A DNA stretch of 64,000 nucleotides, taken from positions 32,001 through 96,000 of IMG/VR virus record IMGVR_UViG_3300044730_002015. One strand, 5' to 3'. The DNA is from a virus. The first letter of the stretch is position 1; every line of letters begins with the position of its first letter. Under the pieces are notes generated by a model, which was not told where the DNA came from, did no database searches, and saw only the letters and a list, made by a program, of their open reading frames with translations. The position numbers and the translations under genes are program-made. Below are positions 39,201-48,295 of the stretch, in pieces.

Positions 39201-41875
39201 TTGACACCAAACAAGGCCGAGCCATTGCCAACAAAACTGGTGCCTGTGACAGTGGTGCCGGTGATGCCGCCGCTGACATTCAAAGATGTGGCAACATTGG
39301 TACCACCTGAAGCATTTAGGTAAATTTTATCAGCTGAATTGTCTGTGACCTGCAACTCCAATACTGTGTCTTGTCCTGTGACTACATAGTATTTGATATT
39401 GGCTGAGTCGCCTGTGCCGCCGCCGATGTTGGTCGGGAACATGATTCCGGCTTCACCGCTGCCGGCTGTGGGACGTATCACGCCATTGATGTTATCACCA
39501 TTGACATTGCCAGTGGCTGTGACTGTGGTGGCACCAACCGTACCAGTATAAGTGGGAAGATATGCAGCCACATTGGCATTGCTGTAGTTGCCCGACCCAC
39601 CGGAAATACCAGTCAAGAATGCACCGTTGCCCAAGACATATGCGCCTTGTACGTTGGCAGTGGTAGTGACATTACCTGTCAAGGAATTGATAGCGCCTGT
39701 ATAAGTGGGCAAGTATGCAGCCACATTTGAGTTGCCATATGCGGCTCCTGCGCCTACACCGGTAAGGAAATATCCATTACCTAAAATGTAAGTGCCACTG
39801 ACATTGCCGCCCGAAATGATATTGCCTGTGGCTTGTATGTACAAATCTGTTTGAATAAATCCATCGGCCGAAACATTACCAGTAAAACTGCTGTCACCAG
39901 CACTGATATCAGCCAGTGCTCCTGAACCAGAATCTATAAATGCTACGCCACTGCCAGTGGTGCTGCCTTGTATTTCTGTGGTATTGCCCGAGATGCCACC
40001 GGGGGTGACAATCGTGTTGGCATAGATGTTGCGGAATTGATATTGAGCACTACCAATGTCTACTACATTGTTAGATAATACACCGTTGGAGTATACAGGA
40101 TAAATGTTGCCGGCACGCACTATACTCGCTGACAAGTTTCCATTGGTTGTGATAGCACCTGTGGTAGTGATAGTTACGTTATCATTGCTGGCCAAATAAG
40201 CAGCCACATTAGAATTACCATAGTTGCCATTTCCCTCAGCCGATGATGAACTGAAGCTTGTGGCAGCTTCCATCTCGGCCCACTGGCTGTTGCCGGCTGG
40301 GGTTGTAAAGTAAAAATACTGTATGCCAGTGTTGGCCTGTATCCAAAGGTCGCCTTGTGTGGCATTCAGCGGCGCAGTATTTGATACAGTTAAATTGGCA
40401 GTGGCAATAAGATCGGTCAGTTGACTGCCATTACCAATGAAATAGTTGGCTGATATATTGCCCGTAGCATTGATATTACCAGCCGAGATGTTGCCTGTGT
40501 AGGTAGGCAGGTATGAGGCCACATTGGCATTGCTGTATGCTTCGGGTAGACCAGACAAGAATCGACCATTGCCCAGAACATAACCTGCTTGTATATTTGC
40601 TGCTGTGGTGACGTTACCACTGAAGATCATGGCATTGGCCACATCACTGTATAAGATATTAGCGATGTTGCTGCCAATGATTAAACCAGCGCCATTGGCC
40701 TGTGCCTGTGTAGTTGCACCATTGGCTATGACAATATCTTTGTCACTGATATTCAGTGTGTTGGCATTGATCGTAGTAGTGGTGCCAAGTACTGTCAAGT
40801 TACCGTTGATAACTGCATTGTTGGAAACTTCTAGATTGCCAGCCAGTATATTGCCATTGAATATGCCGAGATAAGCTGTTACATTGGCATTGCTGTAGTT
40901 GCCTTCGAGATTTATAGGATCACCGTTGGCATAGTAGATATCAACTGAGTTAGAAGGCAATGTTAGATTGCCGGTATTGTCAAATGTCCAGGTAGAACTA
41001 CCTGCAATCAATTCTATGTTGGAACCCGCTGTGCCAACAAAATTGTTAGCCGCCACATTGCCTTGGGTGGTTACATTGCCTGTGCCGATAAGAATATTGA
41101 TATTTGCATTACTGGCCAAATAATTTGCTACATCAGCATTGCTATATCCAGCAGCCAATCCAGTTAAAAACGCACCATTACCTATAACATAGTTGGCCGA
41201 GACATTGGCTGCGGTAGTGATATTACCAGTGGTTACGATCGTTACATTAGCGTTGCTGGCTAGATAAGCAGCGGCATTGGTATTGCTGTAGGCATTGTTG
41301 ATATTGCTGTATTCGAGGGCAGTGATATAGTAACCATTACCCACAAAATTTTCAAAGGTTACAACATTGCCCCCGATGCTGGCCGGACCTAGAGCAGTGA
41401 CACTGTTACTGGAAATTACATCGTCGGTCCATAAAGAACCACCGCCTGTGTAGTTGATATACAATGCGCCAGCATTGGCATCGTCGTAGTAAAACTGATT
41501 ATCTGTTGATAAAAGATTATTTTTATTATACTGTATTTGGAAGTTATTACCATTGGCTCTAACGGCAGTCAGGCCTGCACCGTTGCCAATAAAATAATCG
41601 GCCGAGACATTGCCACGTGTGGTGATGTTGCCTGTGCCAATAGCTATGTCAATATTACTATTGCTGGCCAGATAAGCGGCTACATTGGCATTGCCGTATG
41701 AGCCTTCAATGTTTCCGGCATTGATGCCAGTTAAAAATGCTCCGTTACCAAAATAATAATTGCCGGTGATGTTAGCCGGTGTATTAATGGCCCCATTAGC
41801 GTCAATAACGCTAATAGGGCTAATAATGTTACCTACACTAAGACCCCCAGTGGCATTAAACTGTTTCTTAGCCAT
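30284..41875 (-). CDS. Giant (3863 aa) Asn-rich repetitive tail fibre protein
   Basis: Uninterrupted ORF; recurring YSNANVAAYL, GNITTxANV, GNGAFLTG modules; C-terminal IPANSSVP.PIG...TDTW domain. Confidence 0.85.
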   Translation of the reverse strand: MAKKQFNATGGLSVGNIISPISVIDANGAINTPANITGNYYFGNGAFLTGINAGNIEGSYGNANVAAYLASNSNIDIAIGTGNITTRGNVSADYFIGNGAGLTAVRANGNNFQIQYNKNNLLSTDNQFYYDDANAGALYINYTGGGSLWTDDVISSNSVTALGPASIGGNVVTFENFVGNGYYITALEYSNINNAYSNTNAAAYLASNANVTIVTTGNITTAANVSANYVIGNGAFLTGLAAGYSNADVANYLASNANINILIGTGNVTTQGNVAANNFVGTAGSNIELIAGSSTWTFDNTGNLTLPSNSVDIYYANGDPINLEGNYSNANVTAYLGIFNGNILAGNLEVSNNAVINGNLTVLGTTTTINANTLNISDKDIVIANGATTQAQANGAGLIIGSNIANILYSDVANAMIFSGNVTTAANIQAGYVLGNGRFLSGLPEAYSNANVASYLPTYTGNISAGNINATGNISANYFIGNGSQLTDLIATANLTVSNTAPLNATQGDLWIQANTGIQYFYFTTPAGNSQWAEMEAATSFSSSSAEGNGNYGNSNVAAYLASNDNVTITTTGAITTNGNLSASIVRAGNIYPVYSNGVLSNNVVDIGSAQYQFRNIYANTIVTPGGISGNTTEIQGSTTGSGVAFIDSGSGALADISAGDSSFTGNVSADGFIQTDLYIQATGNIISGGNVSGTYILGNGYFLTGVGAGAAYGNSNVAAYLPTYTGAINSLTGNVTTTANVQGAYVLGNGAFLTGISGGSGNYSNANVAAYLPTYTGTVGATTVTATGNVNGDNINGVIRPTAGSGEAGIMFPTNIGGGTGDSANIKYYVVTGQDTVLELQVTDNSADKIYLNASGGTNVATSLNVSGGITGTTVTGTSFVGNGSALFGVKYANITGAYGNSNVAAYLPDYTGNLNINGLTVSGIANLGPAGNVKISGGNLNYYLTSDGSGGLAWAAGTSNITGNGSVAGADQQIQYNNGTGNFAASAALRFDYTSNTLIVGGNLSVANINATGNIFGINEDQVAIAVMGNEWTFTQDAYLNLPVNFFAVRYANGANVILGDTYSNSAVSNYLGSNSSVTILTTGNITGGYILGNGRFLTGITAYTNANVASYLQTYNANALFGNVTVSQDAIIQGNLTVLGTTNYNNTTNSIIDAYRVIVANSANTISQLNGAGLQIGNLASGNVEFIYDYTANIMTLSHGANIANILNVSGNTSATYFLGNGRFLSGLGENYSNADVSGFLPIYGGNVRADYTISNVTYSGNILPMYSNTTLANSTVDIGSETYFFSNVYGNKFTVPAGAAGNNSAIQSGENYDGFMFVDTVTGQLASLEAGDAYFGNLTIYSDFEIGNNLQVVGNVNCLSNVTAINFIGNGSALFGIQYSNIIGTYSNSNAAAYLPTYTGNLVSLTGNVTTTANIRSNYNIANLTRTGNILPVYSNAVLANNFVDIGSAQYQFRNIYADKLVTPSGVTGNATEIQSSTSGSGIAFIDSGSGQLAAISAGDSSFTGNVEVDGFIQADQYIQATGNIIAGGNVTGSYILGNGAFLTGIDAGNIIGGYGNSQVAAYLQVYNGNASFSNVSVSRDMVVLGNLRVEGNTTEINVSNIFLADKDIIVAANATATLSDLDGAGIQIGNRTAGGNITFFYDSSSNVMELSHGANISNRLEVFGNISGSNINGVIRPTAGSGEAGIIFPANPGGGTGDLASIKYYASAGENTVLELNVNNDSTDTIYLNASGGTNVATSLTVAGNIVGGNITTAANISAGNLSVVNIQVTEIDVTGGALTINATGDIVTTGNLQVINIDVNDINVGGNALTINTTGDIVTTGNLQVVDIDVTNINVGSNALTINATGDIVTTGNLQVNNVDVNVINLDQGTITSNVTQVSIAAGNRTWIYETSGNLLLPGNIVPGANSNNTLDIGSSGTQFRRVYANNYVTPVGTSGGPTLIQSNPIGSGIALIDSISAQPTQIYGNGFITPSGAVGNATLIRNNATGRGISFVDNNTGLLVPISASDSSLSGNLTANGYILGGNLNIGSGALTINILGDIVTTGNLQVNDIDVNDIILGLGTITGNSTSISLTSGSSTWIFNDAGNFIIPGNVLASDTIYINNGVGNTTIQLGKSGFITAVGNITGNYIFGNGAFLTGIAGGGGSYGNSNVAAYLASNAAVTILTTGNITTAANISANNLVGTSNNVELVANGYTWTFNNTGNIVLPGNTFAVNYANGTQVSLGGSGGSYSNADVANYLASNAAVTILTTGNITTSANVSANNIVGSGTNTTITTNGYRWSFNNAGNLVLPGNTFAINYANGTQVSLGGSSSYSNANVKSYLANFDGNIIPSANVTYDLGSNTNRWNDLYLNNSTVYIGAQEITANESATVFSGNIAANYLLGNGALLTGVASSYGNANVAAYLPTYTGAIDSLGGNVTTTANVTGNFLIGNIRSATGGYNDANVAAYTGALTNLTGNVTTTANVSGAYILGNGYFVSGIQYSNIIGAYSNTNVANYLASNANVTILTTGNITTTANITANNFIGSEVNTSITADAYVWTFNNTGNLVLPSNTFAINYANGTQVSLGGDYSNANVANYLASGSLTSNIITTGDISANNLTASNVVTAEFFYGDGIGIGNLQLFNLTSNISTTGNVTAGNYFGNIRNTTGGYGDANVATYLPTYTGNGSFGNLQVTNNVVIFGNLQVLGNTTTINANTLSVNDKDIIVANNAVTADELDGAGLQIGNLASGNIQFFYNFASNVMTLNRGLTVANNLSVVGNIIGPAGNMQISAGNMQISASNILLVAGSSTLTFNAAGNVTGSNNITANYYYGDISNTTGGYGNNSVTGFLGSNSFVPIITAGQIVTQANLSAEYLYGNGYFLTGIASNYSNANVAAYLQEFPGNIIPAANGAYNLGNNTRRWNDVYINNTLYLPFQTLTSNSTRIIASSSISAYDFISTNDITAAANITATGNVSGSYVLGNIRFSTGGYNDANVAAYTGALINLTGNVTTTANVQGAYILGNIRFATGGYDDANVAAYTGALTNLTGNVTTTANVQGAYVLGNGAFLTGIAAGYSNADVANYLPTYTGALPNLTGNVVTTANVQGGYILGNGYFLSGISGGGGSTYGNANVSDYLASNAAITILTTANITTAANVAGTYFIGNGAFLTGISAGSSYSNANVADYLASNAAVTITTTANISSSTNVNAGNFSGTGVNTNIRTGSQLWTFGSTGTLTIPGNVNANNYYINNLTNPVQDQDAATKIYVDNLASTSISYHEAVLAATTGTLADATGGTITYNQVNGVGNGIGATLTTTGSFNLIDTANVQTANTRILVKNEANGAHNGVYVWSNATAITRASTENTAGLANVDALGINDYFYTTGGNVNKGSAFIVDAPNTAIVFGTSNIQFAVFSQSQVYSANTAAGISLATTTISAKVDNNTTAFDGGGNISVKAGANLVTPNIGAATGTSLNVTGNITSSANISAANFVGGSASNTTIRTGVYNWTFGNTGNFTLPGNTFAVNYANGTQVSLGGSGGSYSNADVANYLASNAAVTILTTGNITTSANITANNFIGAAGSDPNVGLIAGTYTWNFDNTGNLTLPGNTFAVNYANGTQVSLYGNSNVATYLASNAAVTVLTTANITTTANVAGNYFIGNGAFLTGIAGGGGSYGNSNVADYLASNAAVTILTTANITSSANVAAGNFVGSASNTTIKTGAYTWTFDQAGNLNINSASGTIVGANANTTIQTGSNRWNFASDGQLYLPGNIVAGYRDIPQISWTGTPTIALADLGEHYYTASGGVTINIPANSSVPLPIGAAVTLINQSGANCTIGANAGVTLYLAGNATTGNRTLAWYGFATLVKVATDTWFVNGSNVI

Positions 41876-41885
41876 TGGCTACCTT

Positions 41886-44800
41886 TTAAATACTGGTATA
41901 AGTTGCTGTCCAAGTCATGGTGTTGGCTGATTTTGGTGTTACCTGTAGCACAACATTACCACTACTTAAAGATACCTGTATAGTGCCGCAACCACCTAAC
42001 AATGCCACATCTCCAAACGTAGCATAGTCTAGCGTTGTTAAGCCATCAGTCAAGCTATGAACTTTACTAACCTGATAAGCACCACTCACGGTATCTTGTC
42101 CCTTGATTAAAAACTGTACTGCATCATTAGTTTCTGCATCAATACTTACCAGTGTTGTGGCCGAGGTAGAATTAGAAGTTACAGTAGTAAAGCCTGTTTT
42201 ACTGTTAGCAGTATTAGAACCTTGGATTAAAACTCCACCATTGGTCCAATTGATCTGGATGTTGCCAGTGTTGGCCAAATAGTTCTGTGTGTCGGCATTA
42301 CTGTATCCAGCCGGTAATCCGGTTATAAACGCACCATTACCTAACAGATAATTTGCAGATATGTTGCCCGACAGCGAAGTGATGTTACCAGTGACATCCA
42401 ACGCTGTGAGAGTTCCCAAGGAAGTAACATTAGGCTGCGCTGCTGTAGCCAATGTACCGGTTATCAGCGTGGCTGTGATGTTGCCGCCTGTGATATTGCC
42501 TGTGGCCGTGACCTGACCTGCAGTGGTTATATTTCCACCCGAGACGTTGCCTGTGGCCGTGACCTGACCTGCAGTGGTTATATTTCCACCCGAGACGTTG
42601 CCTGTGGCAGAGATGTATCCACTGGCATTGATATTGCCGTTGATACCTGCATCACCTTGTACAGTAATCGTGCCCGAAATGCTGTTGGCGCTGACTGTGT
42701 TGGGTGAATTGATACGCAGGGCAGTATTGCCCATGTCGCGGCCGCCAACCACAAATCTCATCTGTGAATTGGTATCTACTGTGGCCAGGATCAAGTTACC
42801 AATTTGGCCTGCAGCCACATTGGCAGTGGTGTACATATAGGCATCGTTGGTTTCAACCGCTGTGCCCATGGCGTTGTTGGCGCCGGCTATGGCACCGTCA
42901 AATCCCGAAGACGTATAGCCGATGTCAAAGTAGTAGGTTTCGTCATCGCCATTGTTGCCAGTCAACACATAGTCAACTGTGGCTTCGTCACCACCGTTTT
43001 GATTTTGATTATTGACTTGGCTGTAGCCGTTGTATGAAGTAACATAGTTCATTACCGACTGTGGCAGCAGCGTGAAGCCTGCTGGTAAACCAGCGTACAG
43101 TGCGTTGAAACCTGTGGAAGCATTACCAAAGAACTGACCGGAATTGCCAGATATCTGTGTTATGTTACCAGCAATTGTGGTATTTCCAGTTACATACAAG
43201 TTACCAATTACGGCATTGCCTTGCGCCATTGATATGCCGCCAGCAGTGATGTTGGCAGAAACATCCAAGGACACCAAGGTACCAAGTGTTGTGATATTTG
43301 GCTGTGCAGCAGTTGTCAATGTGCCTGAAACTAATGCGCCACCAATGTTGCCACCACTGATATTGCCTGTGGTAGTGATAGTGCCGCCACCAAAGTTGGC
43401 ATTGATTGTATTGCCCGACTCTAGGAATGCCTTGACATTGGCATCGCCATAGCCTCCAACAATGTTTGCTCCATTGATGCCACTTAAGAAAGCACCGTTA
43501 CCAAAATAATAACTGGCCGATATGTTGCCGCTGGATATGATATTGCCAGTGGCCTGTATATACTGATCTACTTGGACGAATCCATCTACTTCGACATTCC
43601 CAGTAAAGGCGCTGTCACCAGCAGATATCGCAGCCAGCTGCCCCGAGCCCGCATCAACAAAAGCTAGTCCACTACCTGTGGTACTGCTCTTGATTTGTGT
43701 TGCATTACCCGATGTACCGCTGGGCGTGATAAACTCTCTGGCATAGACATCGCGGAACTGATTCACACTGCTACCAATGTCTACTGTACTATTGGACAGT
43801 GTACCATTGGCATAGGATGGATTCAGCGAAACTGCTTTGAAGTTACCTGTGTAGTTGCTGGCACTTAAATTACCTACATAGGTCGGCAGATAATTCTGTA
43901 CATTGGTATTGCTGTAGGCATTGACTATGTTACCATATTCGATGCCAGTGATGTTATATCCATTGCCAAAAATGTAACTTACATAGGAATTGCCCGAAGT
44001 AACAAAGTTTCCTGTGCCTGACAAATTACCTGCATTATTAAAAATCCAGGTATATGTACCAGTATCAATGGTAATGTTGTTAGTGACACTGGTAAAGGCA
44101 TTTGCAAAAATATATCCATTGCTGTAGATATTACCAAAGCCAACGTTGATATTGATGTTGGCACCACTGTAGATTACATTGCTGGCATCAAGGCCTGTGA
44201 GATAGTAACCATTGCCAATATAGTAGTTGGCAGTGACAGTGTTGCCACCATTGATATTTTGTGCGCTGAGGTTAGCGCTGGTAGTTATATTACCAGTGGT
44301 CAGTATAGTGAGATTAGCATTACTGGCCAAGTAGGCAGCAACGTTGGCGTTGCTGTAATCTTCTGGCAGTCCTGACAAGAAGCGACCATTGCCCAGTATA
44401 TAAGAACCAGAAATGTTGGCACTGGTAGTGATATTGCCTGTGACATCTAGTGTGGTCAGCGTGCCTACCGAAGTGATATTTGGTTGTGCTGCTGTGGTCA
44501 GCGTACCTGCAATATATTGGCCTGAAATGTTGGCAGTGGTTATGATATTACCAGTCAACAGTCCGCTGGCCAAATATGCGGCTACGTTGGCATTGCCATA
44601 TGCACCAACCAAGTTACTGGCATTGATTCCAGTTAGGAACGCACCATTACCCAGTATATAGGATCCAGAAACGTTGCCCGACAGCGAAGTGATATTACCA
44701 GTGACATCCAACGATCCTAGTGTGCCAACTGAAGTGATATTGGGCTGTGCTGCAGTGGTCAGTGTACCAGTCAATAACGAACCAGAAACAGTGCCTGTGA

Positions 44801-46775
44801 CATCCAATGATGTCAGCGTACCAACTGAAGTGATATTGGGCTGTGCTGCAGTGGTCAGTGTACCTGTTACCAATGTACCCGACAAGTTGCCACCACTGAT
44901 GTTGCCTGTGGCCGAAACTGTACCGGCAGTGCTGATATTGCCACCTGTGAGCGTGCCTGTTACGTTCAGACTAGAACCTGTGGCATTACCAATGTTGGGC
45001 GTGATTAGATTCGCACCAGCCTTGACTATGATGTTGCCACCACCATCAAAGGCTGTGGTATCGTTGTCGACTTTTGCGTTGAACTGCTGACCAACCAGCA
45101 CTAGACCAGCTTGGTTATTGGCCGAGTATACCTGACTTTGGCTGAACTGTGCGAACTGTATGTTGCTGCTGCCAAAAGAAATGGCAGTATTGGGAGCATC
45201 CACGATCCAGGCTGTGCCAAGATTGACGTTACCGCTAGTGACAAAGAAGTAGTCGTTGAGACCCAGAGCAAACGCTGTGCCTACACCGGCTGTGTCCTCA
45301 TTGTCTGCTCGTGTGATAGTAGTAGCGTTGGACCAGACATATATACCATTGAATGCGCCATTGGATTCGTTCTTGACCAAGATACGAGCATTGGCTGACT
45401 GTATGTTGGCCGAATCAATTAGGTTGAACGAACCTGTGGTAGACAGTGTAGCACCCACGCCATTGCCTACACCATTGGGTTGATTATAGGTAATGGTACC
45501 ACCGGTGGCAATTGCTAGAGTTGTATTGGTAGCTGCTATCACTGAGTCGTGATATGATATAGCAGTGCTGACCAAGTTGTCTACGTAGACCTTACTGGCA
45601 GCGTCTTGATCTTGTACCGGATATGCAACAGAATTGATGAATGTGTTGGCCAGTACAACGTTACCCGAGCCAGCCGGCTGGAGAAGGATGTTGCCGTTGC
45701 TGCCTGTGGTTAGTGTCAAGGAACCGGATGATGCTAACTTGGTGGCGTTGACGTTGGTACCATCTATGTTGGCAGAGCTTACAAGATTTCCACCGTTGAT
45801 GTTGCCCGAAGTAGTTACTGTTCCTGTGCCAAAATTGGCATTGATAGTATCACCTGACTCCAGGTATGATTTGACATTGGCATTACCGTAGGCACCTACG
45901 ATATTGCTGGCATTGATACTGGTCAAGAAATAACCATTGCCTAATAGATAAGAGCCCTGCACATTGGCAGTGGTTGTAACATTGCCAGTTAAATTTGTTA
46001 GAGCACCTGTATAAGCAGCAACATTGGCATCATCATATCCACCAGTGGCAGATCTGATGTTACCCAGCAGGTAAGAGCCGCTGACGTTGGCAGTGGTTGT
46101 AACATTGCCAGTTAAATTTGTTAGAGCACCTGTATAAGCAGCAACATTGGCATCATCATATCCACCAGTGGCAGATCTGATGTTACCTAATAGATAAGAG
46201 CCCTGCACATTGGCAGTGGTAATGACATTGCCAGTAAGATTGATTAGTGCGCCGGTATAGGCAGCAACATTGGCGTCGTCATATCCACCTGTGGCAGATC
46301 TGATGTTACCTAATAGATAAGAACCGCTGACGTTGGCTGCGGTGGTGATATTTCCAGTGGTCAGTATGGTTACAGCAGCGTTTGAAGCCAAGTAGTTGGC
46401 CACATCAGAATTGCTGTATGAGCCAATGATATTGGCAGCATTGATGTTGGTTAATAAAGCACCATTGCCTATAAAATAGTTGGCAATGACTGCATTGCCA
46501 CCGTTGACGTTACCCGCTGTGATGTTACCGGTGGTGCTGATAGTGTTGGTGCCAAAATTTGCTAGGAATGTTGCTACATTGGCATTGCCGTAGGTTCCAA
46601 TAATATTAGAATATTGTATGTCGGTGATAAAGTATCCGTTGCCACGTAACTGTGTGTCAACATTGCCTACATTGCCGGAAACTACCCAACCGTTGGCTGA
46701 TACCACAGGTATAGGTGTCTGGGATATTTCTCCTGTGGTAAAACCACCTGTTGAGTTTAACGGTTTGAGCGCCAT
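41886..46775 (-). CDS. Long Asn-rich tail fibre protein (1629 aa)
   Basis: Same modules plus AAQPNITSVGTL repeats and QDAASKVYVD. Confidence 0.85.
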   Translation of the reverse strand: MALKPLNSTGGFTTGEISQTPIPVVSANGWVVSGNVGNVDTQLRGNGYFITDIQYSNIIGTYGNANVATFLANFGTNTISTTGNITAGNVNGGNAVIANYFIGNGALLTNINAANIIGSYSNSDVANYLASNAAVTILTTGNITTAANVSGSYLLGNIRSATGGYDDANVAAYTGALINLTGNVITTANVQGSYLLGNIRSATGGYDDANVAAYTGALTNLTGNVTTTANVSGSYLLGNIRSATGGYDDANVAAYTGALTNLTGNVTTTANVQGSYLLGNGYFLTSINASNIVGAYGNANVKSYLESGDTINANFGTGTVTTSGNINGGNLVSSANIDGTNVNATKLASSGSLTLTTGSNGNILLQPAGSGNVVLANTFINSVAYPVQDQDAASKVYVDNLVSTAISYHDSVIAATNTTLAIATGGTITYNQPNGVGNGVGATLSTTGSFNLIDSANIQSANARILVKNESNGAFNGIYVWSNATTITRADNEDTAGVGTAFALGLNDYFFVTSGNVNLGTAWIVDAPNTAISFGSSNIQFAQFSQSQVYSANNQAGLVLVGQQFNAKVDNDTTAFDGGGNIIVKAGANLITPNIGNATGSSLNVTGTLTGGNISTAGTVSATGNISGGNLSGTLVTGTLTTAAQPNITSVGTLTSLDVTGTVSGSLLTGTLTTAAQPNITSVGTLGSLDVTGNITSLSGNVSGSYILGNGAFLTGINASNLVGAYGNANVAAYLASGLLTGNIITTANISGQYIAGTLTTAAQPNITSVGTLTTLDVTGNITTSANISGSYILGNGRFLSGLPEDYSNANVAAYLASNANLTILTTGNITTSANLSAQNINGGNTVTANYYIGNGYYLTGLDASNVIYSGANININVGFGNIYSNGYIFANAFTSVTNNITIDTGTYTWIFNNAGNLSGTGNFVTSGNSYVSYIFGNGYNITGIEYGNIVNAYSNTNVQNYLPTYVGNLSASNYTGNFKAVSLNPSYANGTLSNSTVDIGSSVNQFRDVYAREFITPSGTSGNATQIKSSTTGSGLAFVDAGSGQLAAISAGDSAFTGNVEVDGFVQVDQYIQATGNIISSGNISASYYFGNGAFLSGINGANIVGGYGDANVKAFLESGNTINANFGGGTITTTGNISGGNIGGALVSGTLTTAAQPNITTLGTLVSLDVSANITAGGISMAQGNAVIGNLYVTGNTTIAGNITQISGNSGQFFGNASTGFNALYAGLPAGFTLLPQSVMNYVTSYNGYSQVNNQNQNGGDEATVDYVLTGNNGDDETYYFDIGYTSSGFDGAIAGANNAMGTAVETNDAYMYTTANVAAGQIGNLILATVDTNSQMRFVVGGRDMGNTALRINSPNTVSANSISGTITVQGDAGINGNINASGYISATGNVSGGNITTAGQVTATGNVSGGNITTAGQVTATGNITGGNITATLITGTLATAAQPNVTSLGTLTALDVTGNITSLSGNISANYLLGNGAFITGLPAGYSNADTQNYLANTGNIQINWTNGGVLIQGSNTANSKTGFTTVTSNSTSATTLVSIDAETNDAVQFLIKGQDTVSGAYQVSKVHSLTDGLTTLDYATFGDVALLGGCGTIQVSLSSGNVVLQVTPKSANTMTWTATYTSI
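42490..42607 (-). repeat. Coding tandem repeat, 54 bp (18 aa) x2+
   Basis: ATGNVSGGNITTAGQVT units with identical DNA. Confidence 0.75.
45950..46335 (-). repeat. Coding tandem repeat, 123 bp (41 aa) x3
   Basis: SYLLGNIRSATGGYDDANVAAYTGALTNLTGNVTTTANVxG units; near-identical DNA at 45961, 46084 and ~46207. Confidence 0.85.
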
Positions 46776-46792
46776 TTTTTAATTCCTTCTTT

Positions 46793-48295
46793 CTAATAGT
46801 TTGTTATAAAAATCTCATAGTTTATGGTATTACCAGTACTAGGAGATACTTGCAATTCAACGTTTGGAGTGGAATAAACCACTCTAAAATTACCTAGCGT
46901 ATTATTTATCGAAAGGCCTGCATATTCTACGAAGCTCACGATTCCGCCGGATCTAGCAGCAGTGATCTTAGAAGTTTGTCTAGAATCATCGCTGATATCT
47001 GTGGCCACGATGTTAAAATCTATGGATTTGACATCTATTGCCGATATTGTAAAAATAGTTTGATTAGCAGCAATACTGCTGGTGCTGTTAAACGATTTAA
47101 AAAACTGCGAACTTGATATTACAACAGTGTTGGCACTGACTGTATTTTGAGTGGCTATGTAAATATCTGCATTAGACGCTAGATACGCTGCCACATTAGA
47201 ATTGCTGTATGTACCAGTCAAGAATGCGCCGTTGCCTAAAAAATAGTTGGCCGAGACATTGCCTGTAACATTGATATTTCCTGCCGTGATATTTCCTGTG
47301 TATGTAGGCAAGTAGTTGGCCACGTTGGCGTTGCTGTATGTTCCAGTTAAAAACGCCCCGTTTCCTAGAATAAAATTGCCTGATACATTGGCCGAAGTAG
47401 TAATGTTACCGGTATAAGCACTGAGATTAACATCAATGGTCAATGATTTGTAAGCATTACCAGTGGGTGTATTGTTTGATGTAAAAACAATGCCATTGCC
47501 CTGTACAAACTGTACTATATCTTCGCCAGACGCTACTAGGTTGGGCTGTCCTGGATCAGAATTGCCCACTACCCAGGTTTTAAATGTAGATCCCAAACTG
47601 ATCTTGACATTGCCGCTGCCAAGACTTTCAACTCCAAATCCCGAGTTAGCGTCAAATCTTAGGAATTCTACATTGGTAACAGTGTTGGATATGGTATTGG
47701 CGCTGTCAATGAGGCTGACTGTCAGGGCAGGAGCATCGTTGCCCAGGCCCAACGCGCCGGTATATCTAGCACCCGATATGTATACTTTTTTACCTGTTAC
47801 GCCGGTACCAATGACGCTGGGAATGTTGGCGCCGTTAAAGTTCAGCACTCCGCTTTGATAATCAAAATACCATTCGTCGTTGTTGCCAGAACCTGCTTGG
47901 AAAAGCTGTGTGCCCACAGATTGCGGATTTGACACATTGGCATTGGCTACATATACTTTTACCAAATAAGTAGCGCCAAACTGTGTGGGAATCCAGTTGG
48001 TTAAATTGGTTTTCCAGGTCCTATTGTCTGGTGCTGTCAAATCCTCAGTGGTTTCTACTGTGGGACTAAAAGAGCCTACTCCGTCTTTGTATACAGTGAC
48101 TATATTAGATGATGCAGCAGGTATGACACTGGGTATGTTGCCGCTGTAACTCCAGATTAAATCTCCGCGATACAACAGCGGGCTTGGAATACTTTCGTTG
48201 AAAGCCTGTTTGTTGTCAGGAGGAGCTGTCTTGGTTACACCGTAACCAAGTTTCTTCCAGAGATAGTCTAGTTTAGCTGAATCACTGACGGCCAT
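46793..48295 (-). CDS. Virion structural/fibre protein
   Basis: N-terminus paralogous to 48295-53487 (WIPxQFGATY, EWYFDYQSG); fibre repeats. Confidence 0.75.
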   Translation of the reverse strand: MAVSDSAKLDYLWKKLGYGVTKTAPPDNKQAFNESIPSPLLYRGDLIWSYSGNIPSVIPAASSNIVTVYKDGVGSFSPTVETTEDLTAPDNRTWKTNLTNWIPTQFGATYLVKVYVANANVSNPQSVGTQLFQAGSGNNDEWYFDYQSGVLNFNGANIPSVIGTGVTGKKVYISGARYTGALGLGNDAPALTVSLIDSANTISNTVTNVEFLRFDANSGFGVESLGSGNVKISLGSTFKTWVVGNSDPGQPNLVASGEDIVQFVQGNGIVFTSNNTPTGNAYKSLTIDVNLSAYTGNITTSANVSGNFILGNGAFLTGTYSNANVANYLPTYTGNITAGNINVTGNVSANYFLGNGAFLTGTYSNSNVAAYLASNADIYIATQNTVSANTVVISSSQFFKSFNSTSSIAANQTIFTISAIDVKSIDFNIVATDISDDSRQTSKITAARSGGIVSFVEYAGLSINNTLGNFRVVYSTPNVELQVSPSTGNTINYEIFITNY

